Source: Helicobacter pylori PMSS1 (GTDB lineage Bacteria > Campylobacterota > Campylobacteria > Campylobacterales > Arcobacteraceae). From it: a DNA stretch of 64,000 nucleotides. The translations under genes and the position numbers were made by a program. The DNA lies in contig CAMCYD010000003.1 in assembly GCA_945883785.1 (NCBI GenBank), positions 1,325 through 65,324 of the forward strand. Direction: 5' to 3'. Under the pieces are notes generated by a model. The model worked only from the letters and a program-made list of their open reading frames with translations, was not told where the DNA came from and did no database searches. Positions 50,711 to 59,533 of the stretch are shown in pieces. Every line of letters begins with the position of its first letter. Within the stretch, counting starts at the first letter, position 1.

Positions 50711-52123
50711 TTACCTTTTACTGCTAAGATATGTTTTTTGTTTTTTTGCAAAAGTTTGAGAGTCTATTTTTTTCTTTGGTTTTTTCTCTTTCACCTTTGC
50801 AATTTTTACTTTTCCATCAATCACTATTTTGTCACCATTTTTTACTTTTTTGTCAACTTTTTTGTCACCATCTCTTTTTGTTGTTTTTTTCTTTGTCTTA
50901 ACCTTTTTCTTTTGATGTCCAAATGCTCCACTTACCTCTCTTTTAGCCTCTTTTCTCACTAAAATTTTTGGTGATTTTATAACATCAACCATATCTTTTC
51001 CAAAACTACTTTCTTCAAGAACTTTCATTTTAATATGAAGTTTTCTCTCGATTACTTTTTGACTGTAGATTTCACTTGAACTTACAAGATTGATAGCATT
51101 TCCATCCATTCCAGCTCGTCCGGTTCGTCCAATTCTATGGATATAGTCATCAACACTATTTGGAATATCGTAGTTTATGATATATTCAAGTCCTTTGATG
51201 TCGATACCACGAGCTGTAATATCAGTCGCAACCAAAACTTGTATCTCTTTATCTCTAAATCTTTTTATCGCAACTTGTCGTTTCCCATGAGTTTTATCTC
51301 CATGCAAACTATCACATTTGAGTCCACTTTCGCTCAAATAGTTAAAAACCTCTTCCGCTGTGTGTTTTGTTCTTGTAAAAACGATAAATTGTTGTTGATA
51401 GTTTTTCCCGATAAGATAAGAAACAAGGGCATTTTTTTCATCTTTGTTGATGTAATAAACTGATTGCTCGATTTTATGAGTCCCTTTTTGTGTTTTGTCA
51501 ATATTGACACAATAAGCACTCTCAAGGATTTTTTCCCCAAGTTTTTTGATACTTTCCCCTAATGTTGCACTAAAAAGCATCGTTTGAGGTTTTTTATCAA
51601 AACTATCAAATATCACAGCCATCTCTTGCGAAAATCCCATTTCAAGCATCGTATCCGCTTCATCAAGGACAAGTGTATTGATATGAGCAAGATTGACATT
51701 TTTCGCATTGATATGTTCCGCAAGTCGCCCAGGAGTTGCTACCAAAATATCAATAGTTTTTTTGAGTTTATTGACTTGTGGCTCCATCTTGGTTCCACCA
51801 AAAATAGTAGCCGATTTGAGTTCGGTATGAATTGCATATTTTTTGATACTAGCATCGATTTGCACAGCAAGTTCTCTTGTAGGGACAAGTATCAAAGCTC
51901 TTGGGAGTCTAAAATCATCTGTTAAATTTTTATTGAGTTTATCGATAATAGGCAAAGAAAATGCAGCAGTTTTCCCACTTCCTGTTGGTGCTATCGCTTG
52001 GACATCTTTGTTTTTTAAGATTTGAGAGATAATCGCTTCTTGGATTGGAGTTGGTTTTTTGTAGTCGCAAACAGCAATGGCTGCTAAGACCTCTTTTGAT
52101 AAGTTTAGTTCTTTAAAATTCAT
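50711..52123 (-). CDS. DEAD-box ATP-dependent RNA helicase with Lys-rich C-terminal tail
   Basis: Motifs APTGSGKT, PTRELA, TPGR, DEAD, SAT and HRIGRTGRAG. The ATG at 52123 has GGAG upstream. An alternative ATG at 52168 overlaps the hypA stop as ATGA. Confidence 0.92.
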   Translation of the reverse strand: MNFKELNLSKEVLAAIAVCDYKKPTPIQEAIISQILKNKDVQAIAPTGSGKTAAFSLPIIDKLNKNLTDDFRLPRALILVPTRELAVQIDASIKKYAIHTELKSATIFGGTKMEPQVNKLKKTIDILVATPGRLAEHINAKNVNLAHINTLVLDEADTMLEMGFSQEMAVIFDSFDKKPQTMLFSATLGESIKKLGEKILESAYCVNIDKTQKGTHKIEQSVYYINKDEKNALVSYLIGKNYQQQFIVFTRTKHTAEEVFNYLSESGLKCDSLHGDKTHGKRQVAIKRFRDKEIQVLVATDITARGIDIKGLEYIINYDIPNSVDDYIHRIGRTGRAGMDGNAINLVSSSEIYSQKVIERKLHIKMKVLEESSFGKDMVDVIKSPKILVRKEAKREVSGAFGHQKKKVKTKKKTTKRDGDKKVDKKVKNGDKIVIDGKVKIAKVKEKKPKKKIDSQTFAKKQKTYLSSKR

Positions 52124-52164
52124 AATGACTCCGTTTTTTTTGTTTATAGTTTTGGATTGTACAA

Positions 52165-52506
52165 TCATTCTAGTTCAAGTTGCATAAGGTACATCTCTTC
52201 TCCATCTATGATATCAATATTGATACTCTCACACTTTGGGCAGTTGTATTCGTGTTTGTCCAAAGTGGACTCTGCAGAGCAATCTTTACAAGCAATCACA
52301 ACCTTTTGAACATTGATGATAAATTCGCACTTATCGCAAACAGTTTCCTCTTTAAAAGTATCAAAAGCAGTTTGTAATAAATCAGCCTCAACTCCACTTA
52401 AAACCCCTATCTTAACGACAACTTTGGTCACTTTTGAAGCTTCATTGAGCACGACTTGCTCTTCGCAACTGTTTAATAATGATTGAACTATACTGTATTC
52501 GTGCAT
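52165..52506 (-). CDS. hypA: hydrogenase/urease nickel incorporation protein HypA
   Basis: MHEYSIVQSLL N-terminus (MHE nickel site) and CxxC pairs CKDC...CPKC. No other hyp genes are adjacent. Confidence 0.9.
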   Translation of the reverse strand: MHEYSIVQSLLNSCEEQVVLNEASKVTKVVVKIGVLSGVEADLLQTAFDTFKEETVCDKCEFIINVQKVVIACKDCSAESTLDKHEYNCPKCESINIDIIDGEEMYLMQLELE

Positions 52507-52745
52507 ATTTTTTATCCTAATTTTGTTATATCTACGGCTACTTATAAGTATCTTTCAGTATCTAATGCCCCATGAAACAGACCTAATGTATCAATTGTAT
52601 TTTCATCTTTTATCAAATATGGTATTATGCCTAATTCTTGGAAATGATTGGAGGACTTGAACTTTATTAAGTGTCTCCAACTAATTAATCTCCAAAAAGA
52701 GGTTAATCTCACATACTAGCTAAGAAAGAGAAACATATTTCTTAA

Positions 52746-53041
52746 GAGCCACTTGCAAATTCGAACAAATGATTATAAACAGTTTCAATCATCATCTTTT
52801 CACTTTAAAAATAACCATTTACAGGGAGTATTGTCATCAAAAAGCAAACTAAAGCTTATATTGTATGTCATTGCGAGGAACGAAGCAATCCATAGTCGGC
52901 TTCGTGGATTGCTTCGTGCCTCGCAATGACAGTTTCTATGTTTTAGTTTGCTTTGTGATAGCTATAAATAGTGATTTTTAAAGTGAAAATCTAATAATTG
53001 CTACTATTCATACTCAAAATCTTTGAATTTGCAAGTGGCTC
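52746..53041. repeat. 296-bp ORF-free imperfect palindrome with 17-bp perfect terminal inverted repeats (MITE-like)
   Basis: GAGCCACTTGCAAATTC (52746-52762) pairs with GAATTTGCAAGTGGCTC (53025-53041). Symmetric internal complementary blocks lie at 52797-52812/52974-52989 and 52836-52853/52942-52959. A central hairpin completes the structure. Confidence 0.6.
52866..52931. repeat. 66-nt near-perfect hairpin at the centre of the palindrome
   Basis: TGTCATTGCGAGG-A-ACGAAGCAATCCA, a 12-nt loop, then TGGATTGCTTCGT-G-CCTCGCAATGACA. This gives 13 + 13 bp with a single A/G mismatch. Confidence 0.85.
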
Positions 53042-53104
53042 AATATTTTAAAAAATACCAGCTATTATTTAAACTTAATCAATCTTTAGCTAAAATCCGC
53101 GACT

Positions 53105-54031
53105 ATGATACAAACAATTTTTTTACAAACGAATACTATTTTTAAACCACTTCATAAAAAAGAGAAAGTGAATCTTATCCTCTCCCCTAGCTTTTATTGG
53201 GTGAAGGTATTTACTATTCCTGTGGATACTACAAACAAAGCACTTTTCCTTTTGCCAAATCTTTTTGAGGATTATTTTGATATTGCTGGATATAGTTTTT
53301 ATGCGATAAAAATCAGCGAAAATCAGTACCTCTCTTTTGCTTACGATGAAGATAAGATTGTTGCAAAATTAAAAGAACTTCAAATTCCTCAAAATAAAAT
53401 CTTGCATATTTATTTTGCTCAAAATGAATTTAAAAATCTTTTATCACTTGATGAGCAAATGGCTTTAAGTTATGGGGATGAGGTGTTTGTGTATGAAAAG
53501 GAGCTTTTAGTGAAAGTTCCAAATAATTTAGCACAGCAAATAGAAAAAAAAGCTATAGATATAGCTTCATTAAAACTTTCTGAACATTTTATAGAGCTTT
53601 TTAGCTATAAAAAACTAACTTCAAATAAATCAGCTCAGCTTGCAAGTAGCATATTGTTGGGATTTTCTATCTTGCTTTTTGTTCAGACTTTTTTATTTAA
53701 ACAGTTATCAAATGAGTATCCAAATAAAATTGAAGCGATTAAAAAAGAATACAATTTGCCACCGACAGCTATTCAGGCGAATGCGATAGTTGAAGAATAT
53801 GGGAAAACGATGAGACAATACAAAAAATGTAGAGATGCCATAGGGTATGCAGTTTCTGCTAATAGTCTTGGGAATACAACTCTTGAGGGGATACATTTGG
53901 AAAAAAATATTCTTAATCTTACTTACAAAGCAATGAAGAGTGAAATGTTGGAAACTTATCTCAAAAAAGAGTTTAGAAAAACAACTGTGCAAGAAGAAGA
54001 TGGAAAAATAAAAGCAAGGATAGAACTATGA
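53105..54031 (+). CDS. bitopic membrane protein, first gene of the T2SS-like operon (GspL-like architecture; function inferred only)
   Basis: 308 aa: about 175 aa predicted cytoplasmic, one TM (LASSILLGFSILLFVQTFLF), about 110 aa periplasmic. No SD precedes the ATG at 53105. An in-frame GTG at 53168 after AGAGAAA is an alternative start. The stop overlaps the next start (ATGA). Confidence 0.5.
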   Translation: MIQTIFLQTNTIFKPLHKKEKVNLILSPSFYWVKVFTIPVDTTNKALFLLPNLFEDYFDIAGYSFYAIKISENQYLSFAYDEDKIVAKLKELQIPQNKILHIYFAQNEFKNLLSLDEQMALSYGDEVFVYEKELLVKVPNNLAQQIEKKAIDIASLKLSEHFIELFSYKKLTSNKSAQLASSILLGFSILLFVQTFLFKQLSNEYPNKIEAIKKEYNLPPTAIQANAIVEEYGKTMRQYKKCRDAIGYAVSANSLGNTTLEGIHLEKNILNLTYKAMKSEMLETYLKKEFRKTTVQEEDGKIKARIEL

Positions 54032-54417
54032 AAAATATCAATATAGCCTTTGTTTTTGCTAGTTCTGTTGTTGTATTTTTTATTTCATTGTATTCTTTTG
54101 GGGAAGCAAAACAAAATTTTGATGCAAAGAAAAAAGAGTTTAACGAGTACAAAGAGGTGGCAATAAGCTACAAAGAACACTATCAAAATTATAGTGATGC
54201 AGTTTTTATAGAAAACAAACTCAATAAGATAACGGCTGATTTAGGGATAAAAACGGCTCATATTTCTCAAAAAGAGAAAACTATTTCTTTACTTGCTACT
54301 CATCTTTCAAGCGCTAGTTTTCAAGTGCTTTTTACGAGTCTTTTAAATGAAAATTTTAATATCACAAAACTTGAAGTCAAAACAGATAGCATTTTAGTAG
54401 AGATAGGTGTAATATGA
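54028..54417 (+). CDS. small N-terminally anchored periplasmic protein (GspM/PilO-like size and topology; inferred)
   Basis: 129 aa with a TM at residues 4-24. ATGA overlaps on both sides. Confidence 0.45.
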   Translation: MKNINIAFVFASSVVVFFISLYSFGEAKQNFDAKKKEFNEYKEVAISYKEHYQNYSDAVFIENKLNKITADLGIKTAHISQKEKTISLLATHLSSASFQVLFTSLLNENFNITKLEVKTDSILVEIGVI

Positions 54418-54938
54418 AAAATATTGTGTTGATGAATAGTTTGAAATATTTTGGATTTGTTTTGATTTTTCTTTTTTCTTTTATTGTTTTTTTGCCAAAA
54501 GAAAATATCTATTTTTACTATTTAGAGAAGTTACAACATAAAAATATTTCGGTTCAAAACGAAGAGATTTCTTCTGGGGCATTTCATCTTTCTGTAGTAA
54601 AAGGTGATGTTTTTTATAAAGATATCAATGCTTTTAAAGTGGAAAGTATTGAGATGAAATATTTGCTAGTGTATGGAAAAATTGTTGCTTCTAATATCCT
54701 TTTTGATGGCTTAAAAATAGAAGATATGGAATTTGATTGGAATATTTTGAAACCGTTGCAGTTCGATATTTTAATAGTTTCAAGTGATTTAAGTGGGTAT
54801 GGAACATACAATATGCAAAATAGAAGTTTTGAGCTTTATCTCAAACCATCAGGTGATTTAGCAAAAAAATATAGTGCATTTTTTAGTCAAGGGGAATTGA
54901 TGCAAAATGGGGAGTACAAAATTGAATACAACCTATAG
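54414..54938 (+). CDS. N-terminally anchored protein of unknown family in the T2SS-like operon
   Basis: 174 aa with a TM at residues 10-28, translationally coupled. I recognise no motif. Confidence 0.45.
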   Translation: MKNIVLMNSLKYFGFVLIFLFSFIVFLPKENIYFYYLEKLQHKNISVQNEEISSGAFHLSVVKGDVFYKDINAFKVESIEMKYLLVYGKIVASNILFDGLKIEDMEFDWNILKPLQFDILIVSSDLSGYGTYNMQNRSFELYLKPSGDLAKKYSAFFSQGELMQNGEYKIEYNL

Positions 54939-55869
54939 AAATGAAATAAAACTAGCCTTGCAAATAGGGGCAATTCTTTTCGCAAGTTATTTTCTAAGTA
55001 TCATACTATTTTTATTTTTGCCAAAAGAGAAACCGCAGTCAGAAATCGTGATAACTTCTGGCTTAGAGTATAAAAGTTTTGATTTTCAAAATACTTTTGG
55101 TGCTCGAGAAGTTATTGTTTCTAGAGTAGTTATCACAAGAAAAGTAAAAGTGGTAGCCGCACCTCCACCTCCACCACCGCCAGTAGTAGTGGAACAACCA
55201 ATTGAAGTTTCTCCGCCACCACCTCCGCCACCGCCATTGGCTCTTAGTATCAATGTTGTTGCTATTTTTGATATGGGGAAAGGGAAAGGTTTTGTGACTA
55301 TCAATGAAAGAGGTAACAAAGCAACTACGATTTTAAGTACTGGAGAAACTTACAAAAGTATGAAACTTTTAAAAGTAACTTCAAAATATGTTCTTTTTTT
55401 AGAAAACGATACAGAATACAAAATCGAACTTAATAGTGTAGCAGTCGCTGATAAACAAGCAAGTACTGGAACAACTCAGAAACAAATCGCACCACCACCG
55501 CAAAATGCTTCACTTGGCAATGCACCAGCTGAACGCATACAACAAATGGGAACAAAAACAGTTGTGACAAAAGATTTGCTAGAGGAATATACAAAAAATA
55601 GTGATAAAATTTGGCGAGATATCAGCTTGAAAGAAAATCTCACAAATGGAAAGATTGATGGATTTACTATCAATAAAATCAAGCGAGGAAGCAATTTTGA
55701 AAAGCTTGGATTGCAATCTGGGGATATTTTAAAATCAATGAATAATGTGGAATTAAAAAGTTATGATGATGCGATGAATCTTTACAAAAAGATTGGGACG
55801 ATGTCATCATTGAATATGAAAATAATAAGAGGAAATGAAACTATGGAGCTTGGGTATGAGATTAAATAA
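54907..55869 (+). CDS. GspC-like inner-membrane protein with two polyproline tracts and a C-terminal PDZ domain
   Basis: N-terminal TM, P7 and P8 tracts, and a PDZ-like C-terminus (GFTINKIKRGSNFEKLGLQSGDILKSMNNVEL). It lies immediately upstream of the secretin gene. Confidence 0.6.
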   Translation: MGSTKLNTTYRNEIKLALQIGAILFASYFLSIILFLFLPKEKPQSEIVITSGLEYKSFDFQNTFGAREVIVSRVVITRKVKVVAAPPPPPPPVVVEQPIEVSPPPPPPPPLALSINVVAIFDMGKGKGFVTINERGNKATTILSTGETYKSMKLLKVTSKYVLFLENDTEYKIELNSVAVADKQASTGTTQKQIAPPPQNASLGNAPAERIQQMGTKTVVTKDLLEEYTKNSDKIWRDISLKENLTNGKIDGFTINKIKRGSNFEKLGLQSGDILKSMNNVELKSYDDAMNLYKKIGTMSSLNMKIIRGNETMELGYEIK

Positions 55870-58024
55870 AATAATAAATATTGGTTTGTGCATGGGGCTA
55901 TGTGCCACTTTAGCTTCTGGAAAAGGGGAGGAGATAAATATCAATTTTAAAAATCTTGAGATTGTCGATTTGATGAAAATAGTTTCAAAGATTTTAGATA
56001 AAAATATTCTTTTAGAGCAAGATGTCTCTGGAAGAGTTGATTTTGTATCCAATAAACCTGTGGATAAAGAAGATGTTTTAAATATCTTGATGTACACACT
56101 TGAACCAAAAGGGTTTACAATAGTTGATAACAATGGAATTTTAAGAGTTGTAAGAATCAATGATGCTTCAAAATACAATTTGCCAGTAGTAAATAAAACT
56201 ACGCAGAGTTATCAGATGATAACTGAAGTTTTTATAGTGCCAAATGTAAATGTCGATGTGGTAAGCTCAAAGATACGACATCTCATAAGCACAAGTGCAA
56301 AACTAGTAACAGATAAAGACTCAAACGCTATCGTGATAACTGACTTCGTATCAAATATCAAAACGATGAAAGCTGTCATCGACCTTCTTAGCGTAGATGC
56401 AAAAAAATATATCGAAGAGGTAAAACTTAAAAATTTACAAGCTACAGAGATTCAACCAGAGTTGGTTTTGATGGCAAAAACTATCTACAACGAACAAGTA
56501 GAAACGGAAAAAGTAGCGATACTTCTCAATAAAGATACGAACTCTTTAATGTTTGTAGGGCAAGAGGAAAATGTTAAATATCTTGTGAATTATATTAAAT
56601 CTCTTGATGCAAATGGAAGTTTGGTTGCAAAAACTGTAGATGTTGTGACTTTAAAAAATGCAGAAGCTAAAGCGGTAGTGACTATGATAACAGGAATCAT
56701 CGCAAATAAACAATACAAAAATCCAAATGATAAACCGTATGCTTCAAGTGATGAAGAATCAAATAGTGTTATCTTGATGGGGCAAAAAGATGAGCTTGAA
56801 TATTATAAAAACTTGATTACGCAACTAGATACCGATAGACAACAAGTGTATGTTCAAGCTAGAATTATTGAGGTAAGTGAAAATAAGATACGAAATGTTG
56901 GAATTAAATATGGAATTAATGGATTTGCAACTGGAAGTGCTGGATTAGGAACTTTTTCATCAAGCTTAAATGGTGGTATAGCACCCACTATACCACTTTC
57001 TGGAACTGGTGTAGGTGGGTTGAATTTAGCAAGTATGAACAGTGGATTGGCTCTTGGGGTAACAGTTAATCTTTTAAATCAAAATGGTGCAGCTGATATT
57101 GTAAGTGAACCATCTTTACTTTGTATCAATAACAAACAAAGCTCTATTTATGTTGGGGAAACAAGAAGTATCAAAACAGGAACAACTACTACAACTGGTG
57201 GAAATATAAGCGACAATTTTACAAGAGAGGATATAGGGCTTACCCTCAAAGTAAAACCAAGAATTTCAAACGGAGATAAAGTTGCACTTGAAATAAATAC
57301 GAAGATGGAAGATATAGGTGTAGCGAATGGTACGAATGGACAACCAGATACTTCTAAAAAAGATATCACAACAACCGCAATAGTTAATAATGGTGAGAGT
57401 ATTATTCTTGGTGGATATATTAAAGAAAAAGTGACAAAAAATGAGTACAAAATACCATTACTAGGGGATATTCCTTTTCTTGGAGCATTGTTTAGAGATA
57501 CGATAGAAACTAAGGATAAAATCAATTTAGTAGTAATTATTACACCGTACATAGTCCCTAAAACAAAAGATTTAACTTATGTGAGAAATCAATTAAGCGA
57601 GCTTAAAATCTTAGAGGATAAATATACTAAAGATGCAATTTTACGGCTTGAAAAGATGAAATTAAAAGCAGATAAAGAGGGGATAGAAACAGATAAACTA
57701 CTCCTTGACCTTGAAGATACTAAAGCAGATGTCAAAGAAGATAGGGTTGATTTTGAAGAGACTAAAAAAGAGTATTTTGATGATAAACAAGAGATTGAAG
57801 AGGAAAAACTTCAAAAGATAAAAGAGAAACAACAAGAGCTAGAAGATGAGCGACTTGAAAAAGAAAAAGAGGCTTTAGAAGAACAAAAAAAGGCTTTGGA
57901 GCAGCAAAAAGAACTCGATGATGAAAAATTGAAAGAAGAGCAAAAAGCACATGAAGTTGCCAAAATCAAAGCAAAAGAAGTCGAGCAAACTCAAACTTTA
58001 GAAACAAAACAAGAGACAAAATAG
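55856..58024 (+). CDS. gspD: secretin (GspD family) with a long charged C-terminal extension
   Basis: Signal peptide MRLNKIINIGLCMGLCATLASG and an N0 domain (INFKNLEIVDLMKIVSKILDKNILL). The secretin core has VSEPSLLCINNKQSSIYVGE and IPLLGDIPFLGALF. GGAG lies 7 nt upstream of the ATG at 55856. Confidence 0.9.
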   Translation: MRLNKIINIGLCMGLCATLASGKGEEININFKNLEIVDLMKIVSKILDKNILLEQDVSGRVDFVSNKPVDKEDVLNILMYTLEPKGFTIVDNNGILRVVRINDASKYNLPVVNKTTQSYQMITEVFIVPNVNVDVVSSKIRHLISTSAKLVTDKDSNAIVITDFVSNIKTMKAVIDLLSVDAKKYIEEVKLKNLQATEIQPELVLMAKTIYNEQVETEKVAILLNKDTNSLMFVGQEENVKYLVNYIKSLDANGSLVAKTVDVVTLKNAEAKAVVTMITGIIANKQYKNPNDKPYASSDEESNSVILMGQKDELEYYKNLITQLDTDRQQVYVQARIIEVSENKIRNVGIKYGINGFATGSAGLGTFSSSLNGGIAPTIPLSGTGVGGLNLASMNSGLALGVTVNLLNQNGAADIVSEPSLLCINNKQSSIYVGETRSIKTGTTTTTGGNISDNFTREDIGLTLKVKPRISNGDKVALEINTKMEDIGVANGTNGQPDTSKKDITTTAIVNNGESIILGGYIKEKVTKNEYKIPLLGDIPFLGALFRDTIETKDKINLVVIITPYIVPKTKDLTYVRNQLSELKILEDKYTKDAILRLEKMKLKADKEGIETDKLLLDLEDTKADVKEDRVDFEETKKEYFDDKQEIEEEKLQKIKEKQQELEDERLEKEKEALEEQKKALEQQKELDDEKLKEEQKAHEVAKIKAKEVEQTQTLETKQETK

Positions 58025-59533
58025 ATGTTTAAACACGAGCAACTTCATAACCCAGATTTACTTCCTCAAAATAGAGTAGGGTATCAACAAGCACTCAAAA
58101 ACTTTGCCCTTTTTTCTACTTTGGATGCTAAAGATGTGATTGTTGTTTGTGAAGAACATTTGGCGGTTGCTTTTGATTTTATCTCAAAACAAGAGTGTAA
58201 TGAAGATGTAGTTTTAGTCGATGAAATATCGTATGAAAGGCTTTACAATAGATTTATAGAACTTCGTGCTGATTTACAAATGTCAGAATTAGCGAGCTCA
58301 AAACAGCATGAAATGGACAATGAAGAGGATATTAGCCTCACAGAATTTCTCAAAACTTCAAGTGATATCCTTACAAGTGAAGAATCGGCACCTATTATTC
58401 GATTTGTAAATTCACTTTTTTATCAAGCTATCAAGAAAAAAGCAAGTGATATTCATATCGAACTTCATGAATACAAAGGGGAGATACGATATAGAATTGA
58501 CGGGGTTTTGATAAAACATATTGAGCTTGATAAAAAAATAATGGTACTTATTATTAGCCGTATCAAGATTATTTCAGAGCTTGATATCAGTGAAAAAAGG
58601 ATTCCTCAAGATGGAAGAACTTCTATAAAATTAGGAGGAAAAACTCTTGATATTAGGGTTTCTGTTTTGCCTACTTTTTATGGAGAGCGGGTTACGATGA
58701 GGATTTTGATGCAAAGTGAAGATATCCCAACTTTAGAAAATCTAGGGATTAGTTCCGCTATCAAAGATAAACTTCACGAACTCAGTCAGAATTCACACGG
58801 GATGATACTTGTTACAGGTCCAACTGGAAGTGGAAAGTCCACCACACTCCATTCGCTTTTACAAAAAATCGAGGATCCAAATAAAAATATCATCACAGTA
58901 GAAGACCCAGTAGAGTACAAAAGTGATAAAATCAATCAAATTCAAGTCAACAACAAAGTGGGGCTTACTTTTGCTTCTGGGCTTAGAAGTATCTTAAGAC
59001 AAGATCCAGATATCATAATGGTTGGAGAGATAAGAGATAGTGAAACAGCTCAGATAGCTACTCAAGCAGCTTTGACAGGACACCTTGTACTTTCAACACT
59101 TCATACAAATAGAGCTCATTCCGCTATCAATAGACTTGTAGATATGGGACTTGAACGATTTTTGATATCATCATCTTTACTTGGTGTAATGGCTCAAAGA
59201 TTGGTGCGAAAACTTTGTGATGAGTGTAAGGTGGAAGATGAAATAGCTGAGATACATTTGTCAAAATTTGAAATAGCTGAGGATACAAAAGTGTACAAAG
59301 CTTGCGGATGTAAGGATTGTAACTTTACTGGATATAGTGGAAGACAAGCGGTTGCAGAACTTTTTTTGATAAATAAAGCGGTTATCTTGGATTTGAAAAA
59401 TGATGTTGATGATAGTGAGTTAGAAAATATTGCTTTAAAAGATGGAATGATAACCCTTAAAGTTCAACTCAAAGATATGATAAAAGATGGAATTACATCG
59501 CTTGATGAGGCTTTAAGAATAGGGCTTCATTAG
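58025..59533 (+). CDS. gspE: type II secretion / type IV pilus assembly ATPase (GspE/PulE family)
   Basis: Walker A GPTGSGKST, an Asp box and Walker B (IIMVGEIRD), a His box (LSTLHTN), and the tetracysteine CDECK...CGCKDC. Confidence 0.93.
   Translation: MFKHEQLHNPDLLPQNRVGYQQALKNFALFSTLDAKDVIVVCEEHLAVAFDFISKQECNEDVVLVDEISYERLYNRFIELRADLQMSELASSKQHEMDNEEDISLTEFLKTSSDILTSEESAPIIRFVNSLFYQAIKKKASDIHIELHEYKGEIRYRIDGVLIKHIELDKKIMVLIISRIKIISELDISEKRIPQDGRTSIKLGGKTLDIRVSVLPTFYGERVTMRILMQSEDIPTLENLGISSAIKDKLHELSQNSHGMILVTGPTGSGKSTTLHSLLQKIEDPNKNIITVEDPVEYKSDKINQIQVNNKVGLTFASGLRSILRQDPDIIMVGEIRDSETAQIATQAALTGHLVLSTLHTNRAHSAINRLVDMGLERFLISSSLLGVMAQRLVRKLCDECKVEDEIAEIHLSKFEIAEDTKVYKACGCKDCNFTGYSGRQAVAELFLINKAVILDLKNDVDDSELENIALKDGMITLKVQLKDMIKDGITSLDEALRIGLH

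Noticed and set aside
50672-50962. 96-aa plus-strand ORF rich in Phe/Leu/Cys.
   Set aside because: It is the antisense reading of the Lys-rich (AAA/AAG) tail of the DEAD-box helicase.
52507-52745. Short inverted repeats (TTGGAG...CTCCAA, TAATCTC...GAGGTTA) and a 31-codon ORF between hypA and the palindromic element.
   Set aside because: Stems are only 5-7 bp with mismatches, and the ORF lacks an SD. None of this is distinguishable from chance.
53091-53096. TAAAAT hexamer 8 nt before the ATG at 53105, as evidence that the first T2SS-operon gene is translated from a leaderless mRNA.
   Set aside because: A single -10-like hexamer in AT-rich DNA is weak evidence. An alternative GTG start at 53168 with a purine-rich upstream stretch explains the missing SD equally well. 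TSS mapping is needed.
55162-55236. The polyproline-coding DNA as a phase-variable simple sequence repeat.
   Set aside because: The tracts use mixed CCT/CCA/CCG codons, so there is no long homopolymer or perfect short tandem repeat for slipped-strand mispairing.
55086-55319. 77-aa minus-strand ORF with long poly-Gly runs.
   Set aside because: It is the antisense reading of the polyproline codons of the GspC-like gene and has no start context. It is a shadow ORF.
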